A stretch of 64,000 nucleotides of DNA. Source: Podarcis erhardii. Lineage: Eukaryota. This document shows, piece after piece, positions 1 to 15,000 of the stretch (within the stretch, counting starts at the first letter, position 1; every line of letters starts with the position of its first letter). A model generated the notes under the pieces. That model saw only the letters and a program-made list of their open reading frames with translations, was not told the DNA's origin and did not search any database. Location of the stretch: NCBI GenBank assembly GCA_964252035.1, contig OZ176200.1. The stretch is one strand, 5' to 3'. The translations under genes and the position numbers were made by a program.

Positions 1-3000
1 GACAGCGAGCTGCGCAAGGGACAGGTACGGGGGAGCCCCTCAACACCCCCCCATCTCCTAGGACTCCTTCCTTCCTTAACCCCGCATTCCAGGTCGCCCC
101 TTCCAGCCGGAGTTGGAGATGTGGCAGCCAGGGAGGGGGATGTGATGTGGGATCCTTCCAAGATGGTCCCAGCCCTTCGCTCCCCCCCCCCCACCCGTTG
201 GTAGCCCTGCTGCTGCTGATGCCACTGGGAGGGAGAATGAACAAGGGCCAGATACTGGCACTTAGTATATCTGACTGCTGCTAACCTAGGTTTGTTCCAT
301 CTGCATCCTGTTAAACCTGCCACATCCAGTTAACTCCCCCCCTTCCCAGCCACGCCACACACACAAGCAGGAAAACTGCCCAAGGGGCATCTCTTGACCC
401 CCCAGTCGTGATAGCATCATCACCTTTCCCCCACCTTTGTAATGCTCCTGGTCCCCTCTCTCCATTCCTTCTCTTTGTAACTCTTTCCTCCTCACCCCAG
501 CCGAACTGGTGGTTTCAGAATAGCTGTATAGATGTTTGATGATTCTTTTGGGCTGGGAATCCCCAACCTCATAATTCCTCATCAGACTTGGCAGTCGAAG
601 CTTTGAAGCAAACAGCAATCCTCATTTGAGGCCATCTGTTTGGAATCCCAGAATCCACTGCTCCTTCGTCTTAGGCCCCCTCATAGTGATTTGGGCACAT
701 AAGGGCAAGACACGCGAGGGATCAGCACACTCAGTTGGATCTGAAGGGTGCCATGATACTCAGTCCCATAACATCCTCTAGCAATCGAGGCCTAGTGTTT
801 TGTTTTGTTTTTTAAAAAAACAACCTTCCTGTGGTGGCTTCAGGTTTAGTGCACTGATAGCCACCATTTTGGAAAAGAGAAAAAGGGAGAAACGCAAAAT
901 AATCCTTAAAGATTGATGTGCGTGTGTACAGCTGGTATGGGTCTCTTTTAAAAATTCAATTCAATTATCAGAGCCTCCAAGCAAGTGCCAGCTCTAGCAC
1001 CCTGTTGCATTGGAGAGGGGAAATTCACAGGGTTTCCTTCCTGCCTGCCCCTATGGACCACAGCTGAGCACTGGACTAGGCTGAGCATCTATACTTTAAA
1101 AAAAACTCTTGGTTCTCCCACCTAGAGTTAGAACCAAGAGAACAGAGTCATTAGAATACCTGTATGGGAGAAGACTGACAGGAAGAGTTCTGCCTGGCAA
1201 CTGATTTGGAACTGGGAGAAATGCAGACCAGGAAGCATGGCTTTAAAGAAGACTGGGCTGGAGATAACTGATGGTACCTGAGATAATGATGATTCCCATT
1301 TCTTGTTTTGGAAGGGGGAAACGGGGAATGAACTGACTTACAGATCTAGGGGGGTGACTTTTGGGAGGATCTCAAAAAGAAAGGAATTTGGGGCAGAGGT
1401 TTGGTCAGCCGGATGTTTCTGGAATCTAATTACATAGGGCACTCCGGTGATGGCCTTGTTGTCAGTCCCTAACAGCTGATACTTAGAGGTATGTTACCTT
1501 TGAAGAGGGAGGTTCTATTTAATTTGGTGGTTGAGGCTAGTAGCTGTTGACAAACCTGTCCTCTGTGAATTTATCAAATCCTTTTTGAAACTAACTTAAG
1601 CTAGTGGCCATCAACATACCTCACAGCAGTGAATTCCATGAGTTAATTACCCCTTGAGTGACAAAGTATCTGAATTTGCTTTTATCTTGTTTCTAAAAAA
1701 TCATGGGCAGTCTGGGAAAGGTGGGAGAGGAACGATATGGCATACAGTGGCATCGCAACACAAGTTGGGTCAGGGCAGATATTTGGAAGGAAATGGTGTG
1801 GAGGGTTTGGGGCTCTGCCTTGTGTTCAATTTGGCTAGGTCACTTGTCTCTCAGTCTCACCAGTTCTCCTTCTGTAAAATGGATGTTGCAGTATCAAATG
1901 TGAGGTCAAAGAAGTGGTTTGGTGTGTAGAGCTCATGCTCCACCTTTGCATTGTACTCAGGTTGCAGTCTTAGAGAAAGTCAGGTGTCTCCATCTAGTCC
2001 AGCATTCTGTTTCCAGCAGTGGTCAGCCAAATGCATCTGAAAATTTTACAAGCAAGGCCTGAGGTCAACACTGTTCTGCTGTTGCTTGTATCCAGCAGCT
2101 GACATTCAGAGGCAAATTCTTTCTGAATATTGTGGTGCTTCCATCAAATTACGACTTTCAGAGTGGGTGTTGGGTGGATGGAGCTTTGAGTGGATGGAGC
2201 CTAGGCAAGGGAATGGCTTGGCAGGGTGGGCAGATTTGTAACATCCTGAATTTCTGAAGGTATCGGCTGCTGTTACATCTTTTTTGCAGATGGTTTAGGA
2301 TGCTCAGCCACCCTGCACATGACTTACCTTGGTGGTAGAAGAAATAACATTCTGACTATTTTCAAATATACTCTTGTGGTCAACTAGTCTGCAAGTGGAG
2401 TGAAAATAGGCCCAGCTTATGTAGGATATAAGAGACTCTGGGCTGTTCCGGGTAACACAGAAGGATTCTGGAGCTATGATAGAACCAGCCAGACCTCTCT
2501 GCAGCAAGCACTCCCATTGTTGGTGAATTGCTGGTAATCAGCTGTTAAAAAATGTGATTCTTAGCCCCAGTGCTTGAAGCGATTACACTACCCTCAGCAT
2601 AAGGAAGGTGCCCATGACATCTGCACAAAGCACTACAGCCCTGTCTCCTGATCCATTTTTATTATCCATCCCTCAAAAGCGTATTTACTTGTGGGGGTTT
2701 TTTTTGTTTTTTGTTTCTTTTCTTTAATTCATAAGCCGTGTACTCTCCTTCTGTAGCACTTGAGTGCACTCTCCTCACAATTAAAAACAAAACAGGTTGT
2801 TTCACAATATAGCTGGGCTAGTCCCTATTCTGTTCTATCATGTGGGGACAAAGGCCTTTGTGGTGAATGGCCCCTTCTAATTGCATCTTGGAACAAGGCA
2901 GCATTTGCCATTGCAAAGAAGGTCCTTTCATCAGAAAGCCAAGACACAACATTAATTGATTTCCATACATACTTAGATTTCCCCCCACTTTTCAAGCCAT

Positions 3001-6000
3001 CAAGAGTCTCCCAAAGTGGTTCAAAAACAGAGTCAGGCCCTGCCAGCAGCTTGCAAACTGAAAAGACGAGACACACAAGGAAAGGGAAGTGGAGTGGGAG
3101 AGAGATCAGTCCTTCCAGGCCATAACAAAGTGGGGAGCTATAAGAGAGGGCATTTATGCTCAGTGGAGGCCAGGGTAGGTAACCTTCCCTTGCTGATGTT
3201 CTCACTTGAATAGGAATTGTTGGCTCCAGCTCCTTTGACCAATGGGTGGGGCAAGCGTTTCAAACTTCTCCCTTTTGATTCTACAGTCCTGGGGGGGAGT
3301 TGAAGCTGAGTAGGAAGGGGGGAGGTGAGTTCCATGTAGCCTGATGGTTCTCTGGCTGGTGGTTGGGGCCAGGTTGGTCTCCTTGCCATGATATTCTTCC
3401 TTGGAGGGCAACTGGACTGTAGCCCTAATGTGCTGCCCTTCATTTCTGCAGTCCCATCAAGGCTTTTGAATATCTGAATATCAGCATGCGTAAGCTTAGA
3501 TTAAGCAACAAGGCCGGCTCTTCTATTCTGGCCAGTGGATATGATACGTCATGGTCCCTTGGGTCGGATATTCTATAGGATATGTGAATTCTATCCTAGT
3601 ATCCTGGATGTCCTTGTAGGTCAGGGACAGCATTATCTGAGGACGAGCTCTGAGTGAATCTTCCTCTTTTGCAAGAGATACTAGTGCAAGGGCATTAAAA
3701 CCCTGCTGAGTCCTAGCACTGAAAACTGTTTCTAGGAATGAGCTCCAGCACAGAGAAAGCCTCAGCCCTTGTTCTCCTGCAAAGGAATGCCCACCTAGCT
3801 CATTAATCCTATGGCTCTCTTGCAGCACGATATTGAGATGCTGGACCCACGAGGCCGAACGCCCCTGGAGCTGGCCGTGTGCCTGGGGAACCTGGAATCT
3901 GTCCGGGTGCTGTTGCGACACAATGCCAGTGTGGGCCAGGAGAATGCCAACGGCTGGACAGGTATGAAGGTTCAGTGGGCGAGGGTATGTGCCCCATGTT
4001 AGTCCGTTTCAATTTCTGTCTCCTCTGCTTAAAGCTGGGGTGAGTTGCACTTACAACTCCCACACTAGCTGTATGCTGATTGGAGATGGAGTCCAACAAA
4101 ACCTGGAGAGCCACATGTTCATCAGGCTCATCAGGCTGCACGACTGTGGAACGCCTTCTGCTTGAGACCTTGCAGTGCTGCCGCCTAATACTGGGCTCAA
4201 TAACAGTCGTTCATATTGAAGCATCTCCTTATATCCTAGGCAAGGGGGGAAATAGAAGGAATGTGTTGAAAGGGTTGTTGTGAAAGCTAAGCAAGGGAAG
4301 ACAGCAGTTAAGAAATGAAAGACCTGAGGTGTGAGGGCTGTGGTTTTGAGGGGTAGGCAACACGAATGAAAGCCAGAGTCCAGTGCTTAGGCCAGTACTG
4401 GGGTAATATGTGTGCTTTGAAGGCAGAACTCTTCCCGGCACTTTTGTTTAAGGCACCTATTCTTGCTTCTCTGGCTTAAGTTTCTGGAGCCTTGCTTTGC
4501 CCTGCCTAGGATGGTAGAAGTTTCCCTAGGAACTGAGCACTGATTGGCATGATACCTGTGCCCTTGGCAGCCAGACATGTCCTTTTGGCAGATCAATAGG
4601 CTGTCTGCTCCTGGTTGGGAGTGAGGTTAGAGGAGAAACTCGTTTGGACTTGAGAGATGATGGGCACAGTGAGTGGGGCCAAGAAGCCAAATACTGATTT
4701 TTTCCCCTCTGCCTCTCTAGTCCTGCAGGAGGCAGTAAGCACAGGGGACCCAGAGATGGTGCAGCTGGTGCTGCAGTATCGCGATTACCAGCGGGCCACA
4801 CAGCGCCTAGGCGGCATCCCAGAATTGCTCAACAAACTGCGCAGAGTATGTACCGTCAACTTCAGTCCTTGTGTATTTATCAGTGTCTACAGATTTTATT
4901 ATAGGGGTGCCCAACCTGTACTCTTGTCAGGACCCCTGGCGAAGGGAGAAAGAAATCTTGCCAAATCTGCCCTCTCTTAGGATCTTATTGGAATCTCCTT
5001 TTCTTTCTAAAACTCTGGTTGTGTTTGTGTTAATTAAAAGCCACAACCCTCTCTCTGGATACTTCTTCCATAGAGCACCAGCATTAAGTCCCTCACTTTT
5101 GTGTGGGCACAGAACCATTGCAATTTAACCATTCCTATGTTCTTCTAATGCATACTTCAAGAAGGGAAACACTCTTGTCCCTCCCACATTCCCTTGCGAA
5201 GGGGCTTGGAAGACAAAGCATTTGAACAGCATGGTTTCAAGATGACAACGGTAGCAGTTACTCTGCATCCCAGAAGCATCAACCCTCTTCTCCTTTAAGC
5301 CCCCTGGGATGCTCAAAAGCACTCTTGGGTTTTCTAGCTAGCAGTTGCTAGATCTAATTGAACCCCCATTGGCAAAGTGTGACTCTTAATAAGATTATGG
5401 TCACAGCAAAATGTAGTCCCTTTAGAGAACAGGGATTGGCTGTTCTCACTGCCCCTTCTCTCACTTGCAGTGCTCTGCCCCCTCACTTTGGTTCTCCATC
5501 TCCACAGGCTCCTGATTTCTACGTGGAGATGAAGTGGGAGTTTACCAGCTGGGGTAAGTCAGTGCTTCACTTCTGGGAGTGGTCCACAAAAGCCCGAGCA
5601 GGTGACAGGAGAGAGCTATCCAATAAGGGAGGAGTTTGGCCTGGGGAAATGATGCAGCTCAGAAAACCTCCTGAGCTCAGAAACATAGACGACATTTTGA
5701 GGAAGAAGGAAGCATTCTCCTTTCTCTGTGGTGGGTGCCCTGGCTTCACCAAGGAGCAGAATCCATGCTATTGACACGTGGTGTCCTAGTCGTGCTCCAG
5801 AGATTAGAAGTGTGACACTCTGCAGGAATGAGGTGATGCCAGGCAGAGAGGGCAAGAAGTACCTCTCGACCATGAGACTCATTGGGTACTTTGGAGCATG
5901 TCGCTGTCTCTCAGTTTGACCTTCCACACAGAGGCTATGGTGCCTCTCTGAAGGGCTGTAGCTCAGTGGAAGAGCACCTGCTTTTCACACAGAAGATCCC

Positions 6001-9000
6001 AGGTTCAGTCAGGCATTTCTATGTAGGGCTGGGATAGGCCTCCCATCCTGAAACCCTGGAGAGCTGCTGCTAGTCGATGTAGACAACACAGAAATTGATG
6101 GACCGGTATTAGATGAACCAGTGGACCAGATGGATCAGTATAAGGCAGCTCCCTGTGTTTCTGTGGGTGAGGTACAAATGTGGCAAACAAGTAAATGATG
6201 CTAAGCAATGTTTCCTCTCCCTCTGCTCCCTCTCTTCCTCTCCGTCACCAGTGCCCCTGGTCTCCAAGATATGCCCAAGTGACGTGTACCGGGTGTGGAA
6301 GCGTGGGGAAAACTTGCGGGTTGACACCACCTTGCTGGGCTTTGAGCACATGACCTGGCAGCGGGGCCGCCGCAGCTACATCTTTAAAGGCGAAGGTCAG
6401 AATATCTCTTTTCTGGGGAGATGGGTGCGTGCTTGGTGAGGTGGGGGGGCTATGATACTGACTGCTTTTCTCTCTGTTGCTCCCCCACCCTCTTTTCTCC
6501 TTCTCCTCATTGGCCAGATGAGAATGCTGTGGTGATGGAGGTTGACCACGACAAGCAGGTGGTGTACACTGAAACGTTGTCTCTAGCCTTGCATGAGCCA
6601 GAGCTGATGCTGGCTGCCATGCAGCCTTCCGAGGAGCACGTGGCCAGCCGGCTCACTTCGCCCATCGTCTCCACCCACCTGGATACCAAGAACATTGCCT
6701 TTGAGCGGTGAGCTGGGGCAGGGGGAAGGGTAGCCTATGGGTCTGTGTGAACCGTGTGCTGCTGCTGCCGCTGGTTGTTAACCCCGATGACTATATGCTG
6801 CCCCCTGGATCAGAGACAGCCGCATGCTGCTCAGAACACCGGAATTGTCAGGGGACAGTAGCGGGAGAGCGCTATTGGCATCACGGTTGCTGGCTTCCCA
6901 GAGGCATCTGACTGGTCATTGTGGGAAATGGGATGCTAGACTAGAGGGACTATGGATGTGATCCAGCTGCAGGGCTCTTTTTATGGTACAGGATGAGGCC
7001 AATGAGACCAAAGCTGGGAAGGATGAAGTCTGCCCAGGCTCTTGAGCATCAACTAGTTTTGTGAGAAAAGAGGGGGACCAAGGCCCCAGCTTCTACTGCC
7101 ATAGATGTCTGCAGCCCTGTTATCACATATGCCCCATCTCCCCTCAGAGGAGAGACCTCCACTCGCAGCTCCCTAGTCCAAGTCTTTCAAGGGCAGGGTT
7201 GGGAGAGGTGAAGGTAGAGGTGTGTGTGAGAGAGAAAGTGACATTTGATGAGATGGTTATCTTTTAGGCTGAAGAGTATGAGGTCATTCCAAGTCTGAAA
7301 AGGGTTGGAAGAGATGAAGCTCCATTGTAGCAGTGGTGTTTGAGAAAGTGGTTATCTTTAGGCTGCTTGGGGGGGGGGCAGCTGAGGTCTGCAATGGCAA
7401 ACTCTATCGCTCTTGACCAGAGGGCTTTCCTCTCCAGGAACAAGTCTGGCATCTGGGGCTGGCGCTCTGAGAAGATGGAAAACATCAGCGGCTATGAAGC
7501 CAAGGTACAACTCTTCCCCCATTCCTGTTCGTTGTGTGTGTAAATCTGAAAAATTCATCAAAGTTTAGCTTAGCTTCACTGCTTTGAGGAATCAGGGCTT
7601 GTGTTGGATGGGACCAGGCGATATCAACGGTCTCTTTGTCCTTTTTCCAGGTTTACAGTGCCAGCAATGTGGAGCTTGTCACCAAAACCCGTACTGAGCA
7701 CCTGTCAGATCAGGACAAGACACGCAACAAAGGTAAAAGCAGATGTTGAACCACCTCCAGTTGTGACTCGGTGTGTTGACTCATCCAATGACCCTTCATG
7801 CTATTAGGGATTATTTTACCCTACAATTCCCAGAACTCCGATTAATTGTGTGCTGCACTTGCTGTTTGGCGGCTCCTGCCTGCCCTTTGACCACAAGTGA
7901 CTTGTCCTCAATAGTCATGATGTGCTCCTCCCATTTATAGGCTTCACCTGGTAGTTAAGAGAACAAAAATGGCAGCAGCGTATACTGAATATTGGCCTGG
8001 TCTATATGTTACGCTCAGCTGAACCGTGGCTAAGCAAGAATGAAAAATTGCACAAGTGCACCGAGCGAATATTGCTGCCACTTCATTCCTCCCTGATTCC
8101 ACTGCCTAAGAAGCAACAGGATAGATATGGATTTTGGCTGTTGTCCTGTGTAGACAGCTTTCCAAACCACTGGCGGGAGAGGCAGAGTAAATGGGAATAT
8201 GTACACAGCATAACTGTAGGAGTCTGGAGGGACCACTTGGGCCATGCAGGCCTATGGAAGGCACCCACTTTCATGGAGAAGGAGTCTGAGAAGGAGGATG
8301 TCAGGCGGTAGATGGGCTAGCCTTAGTGGCTATGGCAGGTAGAGGAGCCTAGTGATTCCATGGTGCTGGTGGTTCCATGATGCATCTGGCAATCCTTGTG
8401 TAGATCTTCCCCCATAATGTAAAAATCATTCAGTTCATGGATATCGGTATCTGTGGTCGTAATAGAGAGGACCTTTTCTGTAGCCACCTACACCCTGCAA
8501 CTCTGTCGAGAGAGACCCACCTTGACCTCTCCCAGAAGGCCTTTCTTCCTTTCTTGGCAGGCATTTGGTCTGTCGAGCTGCTGACCTTAACCTCCCAGGC
8601 AGGTCACTTTCTTTTTTAATCTGCTGCCTCTTCCTCTTTTATCGCTTATCAGTGACTGTTTTGCTGCATTTTCCTTGGATTTTGTCGTTCTAATGTTACT
8701 AGCCGCCTTGAACATTGCGCTCTAAAACTATTTCAGATAAATAAAAATAAGATAACAAATAAATTGCACTAAAGTGGTGGAGGTGGTGGTAGGTTCTTTG
8801 GAGTGGACTCATTCACTTAGACATCCTCCTTTTGTCTTCCAGGTTCTAAGACTCCATTCCAGTCCTTCCTGGGAATCGCCCAGCAGCATGCTGCCCAGAA
8901 TGGGGTAAGTGACCAGGTCAGATCCTGTCCGTATATGGGGAAAGTAGATGCTGGCCTAGCCACACAAATTTAGCCTAAGGGTACATGAGGTGGGGAAGCA

Positions 9001-12000
9001 GATCACAAGGGGGATATGCCAGAGAAGGGATTGTGTGGCTCCAAAGTGTTGGTGTTCTAGTTCCTGCCCAGATCCAGACCCCGATCCTCACTTTTGCAGG
9101 CTCCTGTGCTGCAGTCAGCCAGTCCAACCAACCCAACGTCTATTACCCCTGAGGAATACTTTGACCCCAACTTCAACCTGGAGTCCCGCAATATTGGCCG
9201 CCCTATTGAGATGTCCAACAAGGTGCAGAGGTGAGAAGGATGGGGGATACTGCATGGATTGGTGGGGTGGGGTCAGAAATGGAAGAAGATGTCAGGACGT
9301 GACAGCTGGCACTTAACTCTTACAAAAGGTACTCATTTTTCCAGAGAAAGGTAAGAAACAAAAGGTGGAGGAAATAAAAACATGTCCCTGCAGATAATTC
9401 ACCCGTGTAGGGGAGTTGCAGGTCCAGTCTCTCCGTGGGCAGGTGTTGGGGGCAGGGAGCTGGAGGAATCTCCAGGAAGACTAACACGCTCCTTGTGTGA
9501 CAGGTTCAAGGCCACTCTGTGGCTCTGCGAGGACCATCCCCTCTCCCTGGTGGAGCAGGTGACGCCCATAATTGACCTGATGGCTATCAGCAACGCCCAC
9601 TTTGCCAAGCTGCGTGACTTCATCACCCTCAAGTTACCTCCTGGCTTCCCTGTCAAAATCGGTGAGAGGTGTGAAGCCTGGCTGGTTGCGGGGTGGGACA
9701 TTATCTACTCAGGGTGGGGTGGGGGGCATGGAGACAAGCTGACAGGAGGCAGATCAAGAGGGGAAGAGAGAAAAAGGAAGGCAGAGAATAAAGCTGTGGG
9801 GCTACGCCTCTCCAGACATTCTTTCTGTTGTACATCCATAATGATTTGTGCTCATGAAGGTATTGAGGTAGTTCATACACAACCTTGCTTTCAATGTCAT
9901 TTGTGCCTGCAAAGGTTTCAGAGCGGACATACTGCTTCATTTCAAATTGGTGAAATCCTGTAATGTTTCATACCTCAAATGTTCTTGGGTGGGTTCAAGA
10001 GTGCCCCTCCAGAGGGCAATAATGCAATAACTTTGGGGAAACATCTCAGAACAACTAATAAAGCAGAATGATGTCTGCTATAAATGCACCACCAATGCAC
10101 TATTATTGCAAAATACACCCACAGAAAAGAAAAACCTAGATCCATCTGCACTTTAAATTTAAAGCAGTATCATACCACTTTGAGCAGGCATGGGTTGTCC
10201 CGTCCCCCCCAGGAATCCTGGGAACTGTAGTTTGAGGGTTCTGTGAATTGTTAAAGAGTTCCCTCTTCTCTTCACAAAGCCAAAATTATCAGAGTGGTTT
10301 AACAATCAGCCCCTCTTCCCAGGGAACTCTGGGAATTGCAGGTCTGTGAAGGGAATAAGGATCTCCTAATAACTCTCAGAATCCTTAACAAATTACAGCT
10401 CCCAGAATTCTTGGGGGGAGCCATGAATGTTTATATTTAAAGCTGTATCATACTATTTTATAGTGCAGTCCCCAATTTGGAGAAACCCTCAGCCTTTGTT
10501 GTGGGGAAAGGGATAATGTCCTAGAGAGGGGAGTGGTCATGAGGGAAATCAGTGAGAAGCTTGAAAATACGAGGTTTACCAACCTCCCAACCTTCCTTTG
10601 TACATTTTCTTTCTTTTTCCCAGAAATCCCCCTCTTCCACGTGCTGAATGCCCGGATCACTTTTAGTAACTTGTGCGGCTGTGATGAGCCGCTGAGCTCA
10701 GTGCGAATCTGTACTCCCACCCACACCCCAGAGAGCACCGAGGAGCCGACTGCTGGGGCAGAGGCAGCCAACAACACCAAAGGTAGGAGGAGCAGGATGG
10801 GGTGAGAGCCAGGGTCAGGACTTCCAACAGCTAATCTAAACCTTGGAGGGGGGAGAAGAGTGGAAGAGGTGGAGGATGTTCCCGCAGGCTGGGAGAGGGA
10901 GGGAGCATTAGGGTGCAGTGGCCGTGAGCCCACATTGCAGAACTGGGAGACAACAGGGTTAAGAAGGAGATGTGAAAGTGTAAGATGTCTGAGTGAATGG
11001 AAAACGGGTGACTCCTCTGTGGAAGGGAAAGCATGCTTTCTAGAACCGACACATCCTTCTCCATGATCCCGCTACTGACCATCACATTTTAAAAATGGAC
11101 ATATTGGCTCAATATGTTTATCGTCATTTTTAAAAAACATCAAGTCTTTCCGCTTCAAGAATGCTAGCACAGCCATGTTCCTATTGTTTCCCATTGATGT
11201 GCCTGAAAAAGTGGGAGCTATGCCTGCTTGTTGCCACCTTTAGGCTCATGCAGACAACCTGTGTATTCAACTTTTACCCGGATTTGCTTGCGCAAAGCTT
11301 ACATGGAGGTTAGATTGTATCTGGTTTTTATTGAGCATTCATTCTGATTGGTTTGTGGGCCAGCTATGCCCCAACAAGCATTCGTCCCACATTCATCCTG
11401 ATTTGCTTGCAGGCTGTTGGTATGGCTTCCTGTTAGTCATTTGCTCACCCTGCAATTTTCAGTGCACTTCCCTACCCCTTCCCAAACTGCAAAAACGCTG
11501 GATTCTTTTTCAAACAGCATTTTTTTGTGCAAGGGCAACAGAGCCCTTCAATCCACTTCAGTTGTGCAAACCTAAATTTCCGGTGCGTGTTGAGTCTCTT
11601 CTGCAAAGTAGTGACAATCAGGAGGGACTTTTTGTTAAAGAGGCCCAGCCCATTTGCTGCTTGCCTTAGGCCCTAGGGAGATGTCCTTTGTCCTTTTTAA
11701 GAGCCCTTTTCATGGGCGGAGAAAGTGAGGCTGGTCTTCGGTGACACAGGACATTGCAGAAGTTGGCCAGCGTGCTAATCATTGTTCTCCCTTCCTCCCC
11801 CAGTGTACCCTTTCCCCTGCGAGGTGGACCCATCAGTTTTTGAGGTGCCCCAGGGCTATACAATGTTGGGCGCAGGTCGTACAGAGCCCATGCGGGATGA
11901 GGATGATGACCTGCTCCAGTTCGCCATTCAGCAGAGCCTCCTGGATGCTGGCACAGAGACAGACCAGGTGATTGGGAAGGCGGAAACCTGCCTGCACTGG

Positions 12001-15000
12001 GGTGAAAACAGGTCCATTATAGCAGGCAGGCATGACTGGTTCTTGGAGGGAGGGCACATGGTGCCCGGATGGTTGTGCGGGGACCAAGTAGAGGTTGGAT
12101 TGAGTGGTGTAGCAAACTAACTCCCAGTTGTTGGCACTCAGAGTGGGGATAATTCTTGGCTGCCACTTATAAATGTAGCACTGAGTGCTTTGCAAACCTT
12201 GATCTCATTAAGGCTTTTACATCCCAGTAGGAACTGGTGATTATATATTTCCTTTTTGCATGTGTGTGTGTGTTTGTGTGAGGGGGTGGAACCCGAGGCC
12301 ATCAGATTATGGCTTGCCTCAGACCTCCCAGAGAGTCCATGGCTTAACCAAAGCATTATGGCTTATTATTTTAGCATTATTCCAAGTCCAAGCCTCAAAT
12401 TATTACCTGCTACAGCAGGAGCACACACCCATTCTGCCTCTTTGCTATCGGTTTTAGCATATTCATTCTTGTGTGTTACACCAGGTGACCATCTGGGAAG
12501 CTCTGACCAACACACGGCCAGGATCCAATCCTCCGTCCTATGATGAGGAGCTACAGTTGGAACGGTGAGTGTTTCCGTAGCAAGAAGGAAGAGGTTGTAT
12601 TACGAATTCAGTTCTGCAACCTGTACGTTAAGGTGTATTATTTTCTAAAACCTACTTTGTGGTCACTTGGTCCACCCACCAGCAGCAATTCCATCTTAGC
12701 TGGATTGAGCTTCAGTCTTGCCAGGCCTCATCCACACCCTCACTGCTTCCAGATACTGTTTCAAGGATTTCACTGCCTCAGTGGGGTTTAAGGGAAAGCA
12801 GACAGAACTGAGCAGGATCTCCATATCCTCACAGGACCTTTCCCATCGGCTGAATGCAGTGTTCTTCCCCAGCTGTTTTCCTTCATATTCCACTATAAAG
12901 CGGGGTGCAGGGCCTCTTCCTCGGTCACCTCACATTCCCCTTCTCTCGTCCTTTCTTACCAAGCAGAATGGGAATGCCCTCTTGGGGAACATGATGGCAA
13001 TGAAGGAATTGGGGCATGCCTGAATTAGCTTCCAGTGCGTCACCCATGAATGGAGTTTGCCTGCTTGTAAGCGATATACCCGTCTGTCTGGGAGATCCCC
13101 AGGAATTGGCATAGGTGCTACGAGAAACTGAGCTTGGCATAGTTCAGATTGTAAACACTTTGAAGATAGGTAAAAATCCTCCAGCTCAAGCAGATGCAAA
13201 TGTATTTGGAGAAATTTCCCCTCTTCAGCCTTTCTAGTTGTGGGTGTTGTGTGGACCTAGCTGGTTTTCCTACCACCTCCTCTCACCTTACTCTCTCATG
13301 CATTTGGCCACTCTGCCTAGTATGAAGTGTGATTGTTGATCTGTCACATGGATCTTCTTCTGCGTGAGGAAAATAAGGCTGTCTTGATGTACAGCTTTAT
13401 ATCCTTCTGGGGGCATGGATGGGGGGGCTTTTTTGGGAGGCGCTTGTGATATTTCACATTCAGCTGTAAGATTCCTCTGTGGGTTTTTGCAACGGTGCCA
13501 GTTCTTATTTCTAATAATAATTTGAAAATCTCTTGAACAATTGCAGTCTGCCAGTGGGTGGAAAGCAAGCACCACCCGCTTTCCGGCACCAATTGGAGAA
13601 CGGTGCCAACAGAACTGAGAAGGCTGAGAGAGCCTGAAGGAAGTTTTTTGGTATGAGTAACCACCCATTGCTCTACAAGCACAGAGCTTCCTTAAAATTC
13701 AGCAGTTGAGAGAAGACTCAAGGCACATTTGCACCTATGCTCTCAAGCAGCAGGAATTTACTCCCAGCAGTAACTTCTGAGATAACAGAATTTTAGAATT
13801 GTGGGGTTGGAAGGGACCACATGGGTCATCTAGTCTAACCCCCTGCAATGCAGGAATTTAGTTTGTTTCTTCTGTGTTGTCAACACTACAGTTTAGTTTA
13901 CTCCTACTATTCAGGCAGTGCAGACAGCCCCTGTGTCTACTCAAACGCTATCTCAGGACCAAATAACATCAGCCATTCCATTAAGGGTTCATTGGCCTGT
14001 ACATCTTCTCATGTGACGTACGCTGTCATCTGCTGACAATGCCGTTGTTTACATGGGTCAGACTGCTCAGTTGTGACATGAAGGAATAAACAGACACAAA
14101 TCAGACATGAAAATAGTCACAGAAGCCAAGGCAAGAGGAGCATTTCAGTCTCCCAGAACTTATTGAAACAGACCTTGAGGTCCCCTCCTTAAAAGTACAA
14201 GCAGACCACAAGGTTTCAAATGGCAATTATTGTGTGAGACCAGGCCGGGGGGGGGGGTCTTGAATTTTTCTTACATTTATATCCCACCTTTCTTCCAGCA
14301 TACAGATGGTTCCCAGGTGGTCTCCCAGGCACTGACCAGGCTCACACCTTCAACAAAGAGGTGGCCTTAGGTGCTTTCAGATCACTTCAGCCATTAGCTG
14401 AAATTCATCACCAAGTTTGTTGCAGTGAAACTTGGGATTTGATGAAGACCAGGAGTGGCTAGTTAACTAACATATTTGTCTTTCTTTTGGTCTTTATTTT
14501 CCTGATTCAGCTTGCTATGCCTAGTCACTCCAGCAGATCCTTGTTGAGAAAGAGTCACATCTGCTCTGAGTGGGTTCACCAGATACAATCAAATGAATGT
14601 AGTTTTATTTGTGCTCTGCTAGTATTATGGCAAACCTGCTGCTGTCTTTTGTATTGCTTGTGGTGGGGAGGTTGACCTCACCTTGTGGAAAGAAAGGTTC
14701 ACTCTCTACTTTGTGGGTAGGTTCCCACTTTGGCAGCCACTCCATCTAACAAAATGGGTTTTAGCCCTCAAAAAGTTCATGATGCAAAATGGCCACAGTC
14801 TTTATAGTACCACAAGATGCTTTATTCTCGTCACTGAAACAGACTACTCATGCAAAATTGCCCTGGCAGTAATCTCTGCAGTAAACGACAGGTGTTTTGA
14901 GAGAATTGGTGTGAACATTCCCTGCACTGATCCAGAACTGATGCAAGCCCTTTGCTGAGATGTAGAGTATAGCAGTGTAGGCAAGAGCACACATAGACTG

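Noticed and set aside
5953-6020. tRNA-like sequences with A and B boxes (also at 19162, 28546 and 45190-45267)
   Set aside because: They lack a complete cloverleaf and continue into SINE bodies, so they are SINE heads, not tRNA genes.
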